Part shown: in pieces, positions 29,171-36,780 of the stretch
Layout of the letters: each line of letters begins with the position of its first letter
How positions within the stretch are numbered: the stretch's first letter is position 1
Assembly: GCA_965279515.1 (NCBI GenBank)
Contig: CBDIID010000003.1
Location: 4,776,724 to 4,840,723, forward strand
DNA length: 64,000 bases
Reading direction: 5' to 3'
Source of the DNA: Turneriella sp.
GTDB lineage: Bacteria; Spirochaetota; Leptospiria; Turneriellales; Turneriellaceae
Program-made: the position numbers and the translations under genes
The notes under the pieces: model-generated
The model's input: the letters and a program-made list of their open reading frames with translations, nothing else
Told to the model about the DNA's origin: nothing
Databases searched by the model: none

Positions 29171-30263
29171 TGGTGCTTAGCCTTGCCGAAACGTCATAGA
29201 CGGAGATGGGTTCGAAAATTTCTACCTCGCGCGACTTGCCGCGGATTTTTTCCTGCAGTTTAATGCGCCGGCATTCGACGGCATTTTTTACGAGGTCCTG
29301 TGTTTTGCCGTCGATCAGGATATTTGTTTTGGTAACTTTATTGAGTGCTTCCAGCCGGCTGGCGACGTTGACGACGTCGCCCAGCACCGTGTATTCGAGG
29401 CGGCGGAAAGAACCGACCGTGCCGGAGAAAACATTGCCCGTCGCGATGCCGATACCGAAGCCGATATCGTCTGTGAGATAGGGGGGCTTTACCTGATTGA
29501 AAAGTACCATCGATTCCTTGATCGCCATCGCGCAGGTCACCGCATTCAGCGCATCGTTGCCCTGGCTTAACGGCGCGCCGAACGTCGCCATGATTGCGTC
29601 GCCGATGAACTTATTCACGGAACCGTTGTGTGAAAAGATCAAGTCCATAAGATCGGTGAAAAGGATGTTCAGCACCTCCGCTACGTTTGCGGGTTCAAGC
29701 TTCTCGGAAAGTGCGGTGAAATTACGGATGTCGAAAAACATGACTGAGGCCGGAACGATTTCCGGCTGCATCATGGAACCCGAATCCGTGATCTTCTGGA
29801 TCACGTCGTCGGAAAAATACTGCGCCATGATTTTGGATTGCGCTTCGAGACGGTCGTTGGCTTCACGCAGTTTAATGCGTTCGCTCTGCCGGTCGAGCCA
29901 GAGTTTTGCTTTGAGGGTAATTTCGGCATGCCGCAGCGGCTTGATGAGTACTTCGTCGGCTTCTTTTACCAGCGCAAGCACCGAGGTATCTTCCGTTACG
30001 TCCGCGGTCATCATCAGGATGGGCATCGCCGCATGCCTTTTGTCCGAGCGCATGAAATCGAGCACGTCGAGACCCGAGATATCGGGCAGGTAGATGTCTA
30101 TGAAGGCAAGGTCATATTGCCTGGCGGCGAGGGCATCGAGCGAGCTTCTGCCGTCCATGAAGTACTCCACGACGTAGTTCTGCTGTTCCAGCAGGGATTT
30201 GAGTATCTCGCCCTGGACTTCGTCGTCTTCGATCAGTAATATGCGTGCACCGCGGCTCTGCAT
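29163..30263 (-). CDS. Response regulator (REC) fused to class III adenylate/guanylate cyclase
   Basis: ILLIEDD..DIYLP..KP receiver; FFDIRNFT, KFIGDAIMA, YTVLGDVVNVASRLE cyclase. Confidence 0.92.
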   Translation of the reverse strand: MQSRGARILLIEDDEVQGEILKSLLEQQNYVVEYFMDGRSSLDALAARQYDLAFIDIYLPDISGLDVLDFMRSDKRHAAMPILMMTADVTEDTSVLALVKEADEVLIKPLRHAEITLKAKLWLDRQSERIKLREANDRLEAQSKIMAQYFSDDVIQKITDSGSMMQPEIVPASVMFFDIRNFTALSEKLEPANVAEVLNILFTDLMDLIFSHNGSVNKFIGDAIMATFGAPLSQGNDALNAVTCAMAIKESMVLFNQVKPPYLTDDIGFGIGIATGNVFSGTVGSFRRLEYTVLGDVVNVASRLEALNKVTKTNILIDGKTQDLVKNAVECRRIKLQEKIRGKSREVEIFEPISVYDVSARLSTSV

Positions 30264-30295
30264 CCACCGTCAATGGCGGATTCATTTTCACCGGG

Positions 30296-30598
30296 TCAAA
30301 TATATGTCAGGGACTCGAAGTCTTTGTCGATGAGTGAGCGGTTCACGTTCTGAATCGCCACACGGTAGGCGATGTACATGTTCTGCGAGCAGAGATTGCG
30401 GTAGCGCACGAGGTCGAAGCCGTAAATCTGCGAGCGGAAGTAATTACCCGTGTTCATTTTCTCACGCATGTCGCGGCTGCAGAACCCCAAGGCGTCGTCG
30501 AGTACGGCAAAACCCTCGGGTTGCAGAAATTCATTGCGGTGAACGAATACGCCCTCGCGCTGCATGGCGATAAGCATTTTTACGCGGTATTGTTGCAT
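30296..30598 (-). CDS. Small hypothetical protein
   Basis: About 100-aa ORF co-oriented between gspG and the cyclase gene. Confidence 0.55.
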   Translation of the reverse strand: MQQYRVKMLIAMQREGVFVHRNEFLQPEGFAVLDDALGFCSRDMREKMNTGNYFRSQIYGFDLVRYRNLCSQNMYIAYRVAIQNVNRSLIDKDFESLTYI

Positions 30599-30687
30599 GG
30601 TGCCCAGGGCACCGAAACGAGGGCGGCATGTTATGCCGCCGACCATCGGGCCGACCTTTTATGATCGGCCGCGTGGTTGGTCGAACT

Positions 30688-31125
30688 TTACTTGTCGAGA
30701 ATGGTGTTCAGGTCAATATCGGCGTCGTCTTTTTCTCCGCCTTCTTTACCGTCGGCGCCCATACTCATGATTTTAGCCTGGCTGCCTTCGAGACTGTACT
30801 TGAACTTATTTTTCCACGGATCCAGCAGGTAACGTTTATCCATGTATGGCCCGCCCCAGCCTTCGAGGCCTGGTGGCTGCGTCACGAGGGCATCCAAACC
30901 CTCTTCGTTTGTGGGATTACGCCCGAACTTATTCTTGAATTCGAACAGCGCAAATTGGATTTTGCCATACGTCACTTTCATTTCAACTTCGGCCTTTGCC
31001 CGGCCGGCTTTGTCGTCTTTGAGTACCACGAGCAGAACTCCCATGAGTCCGCCCAAAATCACGAGTACTACCATGAGTTCGATCAGAGTAAACCCGCGTC
31101 TTTTTCTCAGCTTTAGTATCTTCAT
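30688..31125 (-). CDS. gspG: Type II secretion major pseudopilin
   Basis: RRG/FTLIELMVV prepilin cleavage motif; EEGLDALV, W.GPY, DPW, GADGKEGG..DADI. Confidence 0.9.
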   Translation of the reverse strand: MKILKLRKRRGFTLIELMVVLVILGGLMGVLLVVLKDDKAGRAKAEVEMKVTYGKIQFALFEFKNKFGRNPTNEEGLDALVTQPPGLEGWGGPYMDKRYLLDPWKNKFKYSLEGSQAKIMSMGADGKEGGEKDDADIDLNTILDK

Positions 31126-31203
31126 ACATCCGCCTGAGACAGCTTGGCTTTGGTGACAAGTATAAAATGCTTTGCTTTGCGGGTAAAATATCAATTCTAA
31201 CCT

Positions 31204-32565
31204 ATGCGTAAGGCCCTCGGCAGTCTCTTCGCGCTGATTATCAGCGCGTTTATCATTTCGACAATTGTGTCATTTTTTATGCGGGAGGGCTTTGAAAATC
31301 TGCCCGTCAAATCTTCCTCGACCCCGGTAAAACTGACGCGGCGCATGCAAGAGACGACCTTCACAGTTTCGACGGAATACGTCTCGCGCTACGATTATAA
31401 CTGGCTGGCAGAAAAACTGCAGATCCTGAAAGATAAGAATGGCCGCCGTATTCTGCCCGTGCCGGTAAATTTTTATCAGGGCAATAACCTGACCCACGCG
31501 GAATATCCCTTTGCCGGCCTCGACATGGTCGACGGGGATTGCAACCTGCGGACAGAAAAGATCGCCGCCACCCGGCAGTATTTTAAATCGCTGCAGGTAT
31601 CGGGCGGCGAAAACAAAAAAGTCGGCCTCCACCTCGCTTCTTTTCGCGCCATTCCCGAAGGCGTGACGCTGCATTATACCGACACCGCGCCGCGCGCTGC
31701 AAAATGCCTTGCTGCGCAAATTGTCGCGCTCGGCGAAATCTCCTTCTTACAAGATTCCGTTAGCCTCGTGCTGCCAGCCTACCAGGCACTGCGGGTTAAC
31801 CTCGCGCCGGGCGAGCGCAAACAGCTCATCGAGAACGCCGGGCGCAACATCGCGGCCGCCATTGCCGAGGCCTATAAGAAAAACCCCGCGCAGCAGGTGC
31901 GTATCATCCTCACGAATGCAATCCCCTACGCCGCAGCGCAGAGCCTGCCCTTCAGCGAACTCGCCGGCCAGTTCGTGGGATTAACCCCCGATGAACTGGC
32001 CTCGGTCAAAGCTGTGGCCCTGGCAGCGGGCGGCTCTCCCGATCTCGACAAGCGCATAGAATTTGGCCTCGATACCTCGGTCGTCTGGCAGCTCTGGCAA
32101 ACTCCGAAAGTGCCTTATTTTAAAGACGCCTCGGGCGAGCCATTGCTCTATGAAGATATGGTATTGTCGCTGCGCCGTTCGCTCGCCGACATCGACGCAG
32201 CGGGCGTCATCCAGAACCGCAAGCTCAAGGCCATCTATGCTTCTTATGCGCGCGATAACGACGAGAAAAAGAAGTGGGGCGAGAGCATCAACCTGCCATA
32301 CCAGCGCTCGAGCGGCGAGCGCCTGATGAAACTGCAGGTACAAATGCTGCTCGACATCTATGATTTCTCGGCGGTCGGCCTCGAGAGCGAAACCTATGTC
32401 GCCTTAGAGATGCCGTCGCGGCAAAAATTCCCACTGCTGCACGCCACCATTCGCCCGCTGGCGCGTAAGCTTGGCTTCGATGAGAAAAAAGACGGCTCTG
32501 ATATTTCAGAAATCGAAAACTCCCTGCTGCTGATGCGCACTGCGATGGCACAGGCCGGCAAGTAG
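31204..32565 (+). CDS. Membrane-anchored hypothetical protein
   Basis: N-terminal TM/signal segment, 453-aa ORF; no motif recognised. Confidence 0.7.
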   Translation: MRKALGSLFALIISAFIISTIVSFFMREGFENLPVKSSSTPVKLTRRMQETTFTVSTEYVSRYDYNWLAEKLQILKDKNGRRILPVPVNFYQGNNLTHAEYPFAGLDMVDGDCNLRTEKIAATRQYFKSLQVSGGENKKVGLHLASFRAIPEGVTLHYTDTAPRAAKCLAAQIVALGEISFLQDSVSLVLPAYQALRVNLAPGERKQLIENAGRNIAAAIAEAYKKNPAQQVRIILTNAIPYAAAQSLPFSELAGQFVGLTPDELASVKAVALAAGGSPDLDKRIEFGLDTSVVWQLWQTPKVPYFKDASGEPLLYEDMVLSLRRSLADIDAAGVIQNRKLKAIYASYARDNDEKKKWGESINLPYQRSSGERLMKLQVQMLLDIYDFSAVGLESETYVALEMPSRQKFPLLHATIRPLARKLGFDEKKDGSDISEIENSLLLMRTAMAQAGK

Positions 32566-32569
32566 CCCG

Positions 32570-32959
32570 GTGGCGGGTTTACCCGTGCTGCATCCTTATA
32601 CCGCTCTCGTCTGGGGCATGGGGATCTCCCTCGTGCTGTTTTTTGCAGCGTATTTTCAGCGCACGCGCAACAACCGCCTGCACCGGATGCTGGCGATCGG
32701 CGGCGTTGTTTTTAACCTCGTCAGCAGCGTCTACCTCGTCTACATGGTTCGGATCGTCGGTGTTGAAATGGCCGCGCGTTTTCCGGCAGCCGTTGTCATC
32801 ACACACCGCCTGTTTGCGACCGCCATGGCCCTGACGATGCTGGCAATGCTTTATACGGGCATCCGCCGCAGCCGCAACGCGCATATTGCCCTGCACCGCA
32901 TCTTTTTACCGGGTTACACGCTGACTTATATTTCCGGATTGGTGATTTTTCACGGATGA
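32570..32959 (+). CDS. Small 4-TM membrane protein with conserved His residues (DUF420-like)
   Basis: Hydrophobic helices with LHR, THR, HIALH; overlaps the next ATG. Confidence 0.65.
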   Translation: MAGLPVLHPYTALVWGMGISLVLFFAAYFQRTRNNRLHRMLAIGGVVFNLVSSVYLVYMVRIVGVEMAARFPAAVVITHRLFATAMALTMLAMLYTGIRRSRNAHIALHRIFLPGYTLTYISGLVIFHG

Positions 32960-33840
32960 GCACCCCAGATTATATCGTCGGCGACGATGCACAAAAAAAG
33001 CACCTGACAGAGATCCAAAGCAAAAAGGCGGCGGATGTCAGCGTAGACGACCTCAAATTCCTTTCTAACAGAATCCGGCAGAATGCCGTAGAAATGGTGT
33101 TCCGCGCGAATTCCGGGCATCCGGGCGGCCCCCTGGGTCTTGCTGACATCTATGCCTACCTCTATTTTAAAGTCATGAAACTCGAAGGCTCCGACCGCGA
33201 CCGCCTGCTGATCAGCAACGGCCACGTCTGCGCGGTGCGTTACAGCGCGATGGCGATCCGCGGCCAGTTGGGTGAGGGCGAGCTTGCCACATTCCGCCGT
33301 GTCGGTTCGCGCCTGCAGGGGCATCCCTCGACGAAATTTTTTCCCCTGGTCGAAAACTCGAGTGGCTCGCTGGGGCAGGGCCTGGCCAATGCCAGTGGCC
33401 TCGCCCTAGGCTTACGCTTTCAGAAAAACCCGGGCCGCGTGTTCCTGGGCATGTCTGACGGCGAATGCCAGGAAGGCATGACGTGGGAAGCAGCGATGGC
33501 CGCGGCGCATAACAAGCTCACGAACATCCATCCCTTTCTCGATTTCAACAATATCCAGATCGACGGCAAGGTCGAAAAGGTCATGGGTATCGAGCCGCTC
33601 GACAAAAAATTTGCGGGCTTTGGCTGGCTGGTCCGCGTCGCCGACGGCCACGATTTCGGCGCGATCGCCGAGGCCTTCGACTGGTCGCTAAAAAACGAAG
33701 GCGCGCCGAAAATTATACTCTTCAAAACCGTGCTCGGCAAGGGCGTTTCTTTTATGGAAAACAACCCTGACTGGCATGGCTCTCCGCCGAACCAAAAGGA
33801 CCGCGACGCGGCGATGGCAGAGCTTGCGAAAGCAGGCTGA
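32956..33840 (+). CDS. Transketolase N-terminal (TPP-binding) subunit
   Basis: SGHPGG, RDR...SNGH, LQGHP, SGSLGQG, SDGE..EG TPP motif, WHG. Confidence 0.93.
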   Translation: MSTPDYIVGDDAQKKHLTEIQSKKAADVSVDDLKFLSNRIRQNAVEMVFRANSGHPGGPLGLADIYAYLYFKVMKLEGSDRDRLLISNGHVCAVRYSAMAIRGQLGEGELATFRRVGSRLQGHPSTKFFPLVENSSGSLGQGLANASGLALGLRFQKNPGRVFLGMSDGECQEGMTWEAAMAAAHNKLTNIHPFLDFNNIQIDGKVEKVMGIEPLDKKFAGFGWLVRVADGHDFGAIAEAFDWSLKNEGAPKIILFKTVLGKGVSFMENNPDWHGSPPNQKDRDAAMAELAKAG

Positions 33841-33994
33841 GCCCTCCGAGGGCCACGAATTTTTCTCCGGACGCCGTTTGGCGATAATCAAGGCCGCTGC
33901 GCTTGTGGAAGCGATTCCACGGGGGCGGGAAACATTGCATCGCATTTTACCGGGGCTGCTGGCTAAGGAGTCAGGGGGCGGAGCGGTCGCCCGA

Positions 33995-34019
33995 GCAGCG
34001 CGTAAAATTTGCTGTCTGC
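33995..34019 (-). repeat. Degenerate attC-like junction end (junction 4)
   Basis: gcagcgcgtaaaatttgctgtctgc matches 34852-34876 at 21/25; the GTT core is mutated to GCT. Confidence 0.6.
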
Positions 34020-34090
34020 TACGGTCACGAAGGACCTTGAGAAAATTGAGAATATTGTCTTTCGCGCTTCAGTCGAGACGCTGCCCTTTT

Positions 34091-34636
34091 TCAGAGCTTG
34101 TGAACCATTACATGACGCCTTGTTCCTGCCATCCTCAGAAATTTAAACTTTGCCTTTGCAAAAGTTTGCTTAAAACCCATAAACCTATAACTGGGTGAAC
34201 TTGGTTCGACGGGATAAGCCTCTAAGAATTTTGCACCGTTGCTTTTGGCATATTTCTTAGCATGGTGTACCAGGATATCCACATATCCACGATCTCTATA
34301 CTCTTTCTTTATGAAGAAGCATGCAATGGACCAAGTAGGTGTCAAGCTCTCATCACCACCAAGGCGTTCATATGTATCCCTCGGTGCAATGGAGCACCAT
34401 GCGACTGGTTTAGCATCTACATAGCCAAGCAAGCCGATCGGTATCCCGGCCTGAACGCGTTTTCTTATGAATTTCTTGCGGTTCGGGGACGTATTTTTCT
34501 TGAGCTCCTCTTTGGTCATTCTCCAGGCCATGCACCAGCAATAGCTGGGTGCCCCTTTTGAACGAAACAGAGCATCGAAATCGGCCCACGTTGAGGAATC
34601 TACTGCTTTGACAGCGAGTGGCTGAACAACGGACAT
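34091..34636 (-). CDS. GNAT-family acetyltransferase (cassette-like)
   Basis: CWC..WR, GLLGY...PVAWCS, WSIACFF, R.RG, LEAYP, GF motifs; AT-richer than its flanks. Confidence 0.85.
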   Translation of the reverse strand: MSVVQPLAVKAVDSSTWADFDALFRSKGAPSYCWCMAWRMTKEELKKNTSPNRKKFIRKRVQAGIPIGLLGYVDAKPVAWCSIAPRDTYERLGGDESLTPTWSIACFFIKKEYRDRGYVDILVHHAKKYAKSNGAKFLEAYPVEPSSPSYRFMGFKQTFAKAKFKFLRMAGTRRHVMVHKL

Positions 34637-34765
34637 AATTTTTGCCTAAATTTCCAGAAACTTGCGGGAAATCTTTTTTCGGTCACTTAGTTTATCCAAA
34701 GAAGTGCCCTATTAGGATTAGTTCGGCGGCATGGCAGCCGCCGAGTAGCATTGCGCAACCATGAG

Positions 34766-34874
34766 CGCCAACGTGGATTTGACGCTGGTGTCATTTTTTC
34801 AATCTGGAAAGCCGATTTGCGTCAAGAAACGTGGTCGTAGCGAGTCGCGGCGCAGCGCTTAAAATTTGTTAGCT
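34766..34874 (-). mobile_element. attC-like recombination site, 109 bp (junction 3)
   Basis: Minus strand AGCTAAC (contains the upstream gene's TAA)...GTTGGCG; inner arms TTTAAGCGCTG/CAGCGTCAAA pair with one extrahelical base. Confidence 0.7.
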
Positions 34875-35528
34875 GCCGTATTTTTTTCGTTTTTTGAGAC
34901 TTTTGGGCATGCGTGCCCAAAGTACGGTTTGTCGAATCAGGCTTTCTGCGCTGCCTTTTGAATCAGCGGTGCTGCCAACAATTGAAGCTGGTAAGAATCT
35001 GAACCCTGGGCCTAAATCCGTGTGATTGGTAGTACTGATCTCCAAAGTGTTACCGCCTTCATCGGATATTAGCTCAATATTCGTGACTTGCTTTAGGGGT
35101 AATGTAGTTGATCGACCTTTCCTAACTACATAAAGATTGTCAGCATCTAAGAAGACATCTGGGATATCTTTATGCCTTCGAAGAAAAATTACGAAGGCAA
35201 AAATCGTGATAATGACAAAGGCGCCGGAGGCTAAATTAATCCCTTGGTGCCATACAATGTTCGCGCTTACCAAAACTAAAATTACCGTCATAATCGGGAT
35301 AAAGAAACTCCGCTGAAAAGCGCTCGCGCTCGACGAAACCCGAAGTCGGTTTTTTAGCGGCAAGTCCTGAGTAAGAGCCCACTTCTTGAGTGCCGTTAGG
35401 ACCATAGCGTGTCTCTTGGGCAATCGGCTGGGGTCGATTTGCTCGGCTAATTCTTGTAGCTCCGGTTGAGTTTTAGTCTCTAAATAAGCCCAATACTCGA
35501 TATCGGTATCAATTTTTCTTAAAGCCAT
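34869..35528 (-). CDS. Hypothetical 2-TM membrane protein (cassette-like)
   Basis: Two hydrophobic helices plus a PH-like beta region; ATG about 20 nt after a GTT core; stop lies in the R''-like box. Confidence 0.7.
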   Translation of the reverse strand: MALRKIDTDIEYWAYLETKTQPELQELAEQIDPSRLPKRHAMVLTALKKWALTQDLPLKNRLRVSSSASAFQRSFFIPIMTVILVLVSANIVWHQGINLASGAFVIITIFAFVIFLRRHKDIPDVFLDADNLYVVRKGRSTTLPLKQVTNIELISDEGGNTLEISTTNHTDLGPGFRFLPASIVGSTADSKGSAESLIRQTVLWARMPKSLKKRKKYGS

Positions 35529-35542
35529 ATTAAAAATATGTC

Positions 35543-35816
35543 AGCCAACGTGGAACTTATCTGGGGTTGAGTGACGCTTCGTTCAACTTTGTGTTCTGTA
35601 AAGCCATTTTGCGTCACTCAATCTGCCCGGAGCGCCTCTGAAGGCAGAGACTCGCCTACGGCTCGTCGCGCGGCAAAGCACAAAACAAGCGTCCCGCTTG
35701 TGCTTTGTCCGCGATCTTTGGCGCGTAGGGCCGGGCATGCGCGACCCGTCTTCGGGTCTCTGCCTTCAGAGGAGCCACGGCACCGCAGCGAGCGCAGCAG
35801 GTAAATTTTGTTAGGC
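35543..35816 (-). mobile_element. Long attC-like site with nested palindromes, 274 bp (junction 2)
   Basis: Minus strand GCCTAAC...GTTGGCT; inner arms TTACCTG/CAGATAA; internal perfect stems 35567-35577/35611-35621 and 35635-35651/35756-35772. Confidence 0.7.
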
Positions 35817-35840
35817 GCAGTTTTTCTTGGCCACCATGGC

Positions 35841-36026
35841 TCAATTTAAAGCAGATTTGGCTTTAACAGGGGTTGCATATTTAAATTTCAAGCCGTATTG
35901 TTTCTCGATGGTCTTCACAAATTCAGCATTATCTTGCTCAAGCTTAGCAAAATCATAATCAGCCAGTTTCGTGATTTGCCGGATTGTTTCGTGCTTAGTC
36001 TGTATAATCACATCATCTTTCTGCAT
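35841..36026 (-). CDS. Small protein, putative partner/antitoxin of the PIN protein
   Basis: GGAGG RBS inside the end of the PIN gene; MQKDDVII..KHE.I; 61 aa. Confidence 0.65.
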   Translation of the reverse strand: MQKDDVIIQTKHETIRQITKLADYDFAKLEQDNAEFVKTIEKQYGLKFKYATPVKAKSALN

Positions 36027-36028
36027 AT

Positions 36029-36496
36029 TCACCCTCCGTTCTCGAACAGCTCTAATGGGGATATTATACCCGGGGTTGTCAAACCCAATTTAGCGTTTAT
36101 CCGCGAGATATGTATGCGTTTGTTTACGTTCACCAAATGGCTGAAATTCCATGAGAGTAGGTAATCAAATTCGTAAAATGACGCATAAGCCAGATGGATT
36201 GCGTCGCCGCCTTCTTCCTGCGGCATCAAATAATTCTCTACGTAAATCTTGGCAATTTCTTCAATTCGGCTGTGGGGCGTTAATAGCTTTAAAGTTGCGG
36301 CTTCAGCTAGAATTCGATCTTTTCGAGGATAGTTTCCAACCCCCAACTCTCGGATAATTTCAGGAGAAATATAACAATCGAATTTTGGCCTTTGGTCAAG
36401 CCACCATAGCTTTGTCTGCTTGATGAGATAATTCAAATCAGGTCGTTCATCATGCAGATAGCTCAGAATCGTTGAGTCAAGATAAACTGTTTTCAT
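36029..36496 (-). CDS. PIN-domain (VapC-like) ribonuclease
   Basis: VYLDSTILS, S.EI..EL, DAIHLA.A, LLSWNFSH PIN acidic motif pattern. Confidence 0.88.
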   Translation of the reverse strand: MKTVYLDSTILSYLHDERPDLNYLIKQTKLWWLDQRPKFDCYISPEIIRELGVGNYPRKDRILAEAATLKLLTPHSRIEEIAKIYVENYLMPQEEGGDAIHLAYASFYEFDYLLSWNFSHLVNVNKRIHISRINAKLGLTTPGIISPLELFENGG

Positions 36497-36611
36497 TAGA
36501 ATTGGGAGCAGCCTTCCTACTTGCGAAAAATATCCATGAAACAGGCGGCCAAGAAAAATTGCGCCTAACACCTATTACCTGAAAAACTGTGCCGTCGTTC
36601 CCCGACACCTT

Positions 36612-36780
36612 ACTAAATCGCAAAGATGCCATCCATGGCAGCGATTTAGTCCGTAGCCTCATGCTACCTGGAAACCACAAGGACGACCTCCTGTCGGTGG
36701 TTTCTCAGTGACCTCCTGTCACCTGACAAATCCGCAAAGATGGCCTCCTGCCAGCGGATTTGTGCGTAACATCCTGTTAC
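36612..36780 (-). repeat. Three tandem double-hairpin units with GGA loops
   Basis: Units 36612-36667, 36671-36722 and 36726-36780, each a bulged long hairpin plus a 5-bp hairpin. Confidence 0.85.

Noticed and set aside
32956..33840. Transketolase pseudogene truncated by the array
   Set aside because: Length and C-terminus fit a complete N-terminal subunit of a naturally split transketolase
33776..34198. 140-aa plus-strand ORF
   Set aside because: Overlaps both neighbours, has no motif, and spans the decayed junction
35798..36581. Autonomous IS element
   Set aside because: Inverted repeats are present, but there is no transposase inside and no clear target-site duplication
36612..36780. 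CRISPR array
   Set aside because: Units conserve structure rather than sequence, have no unique spacers, and no cas genes are in the window
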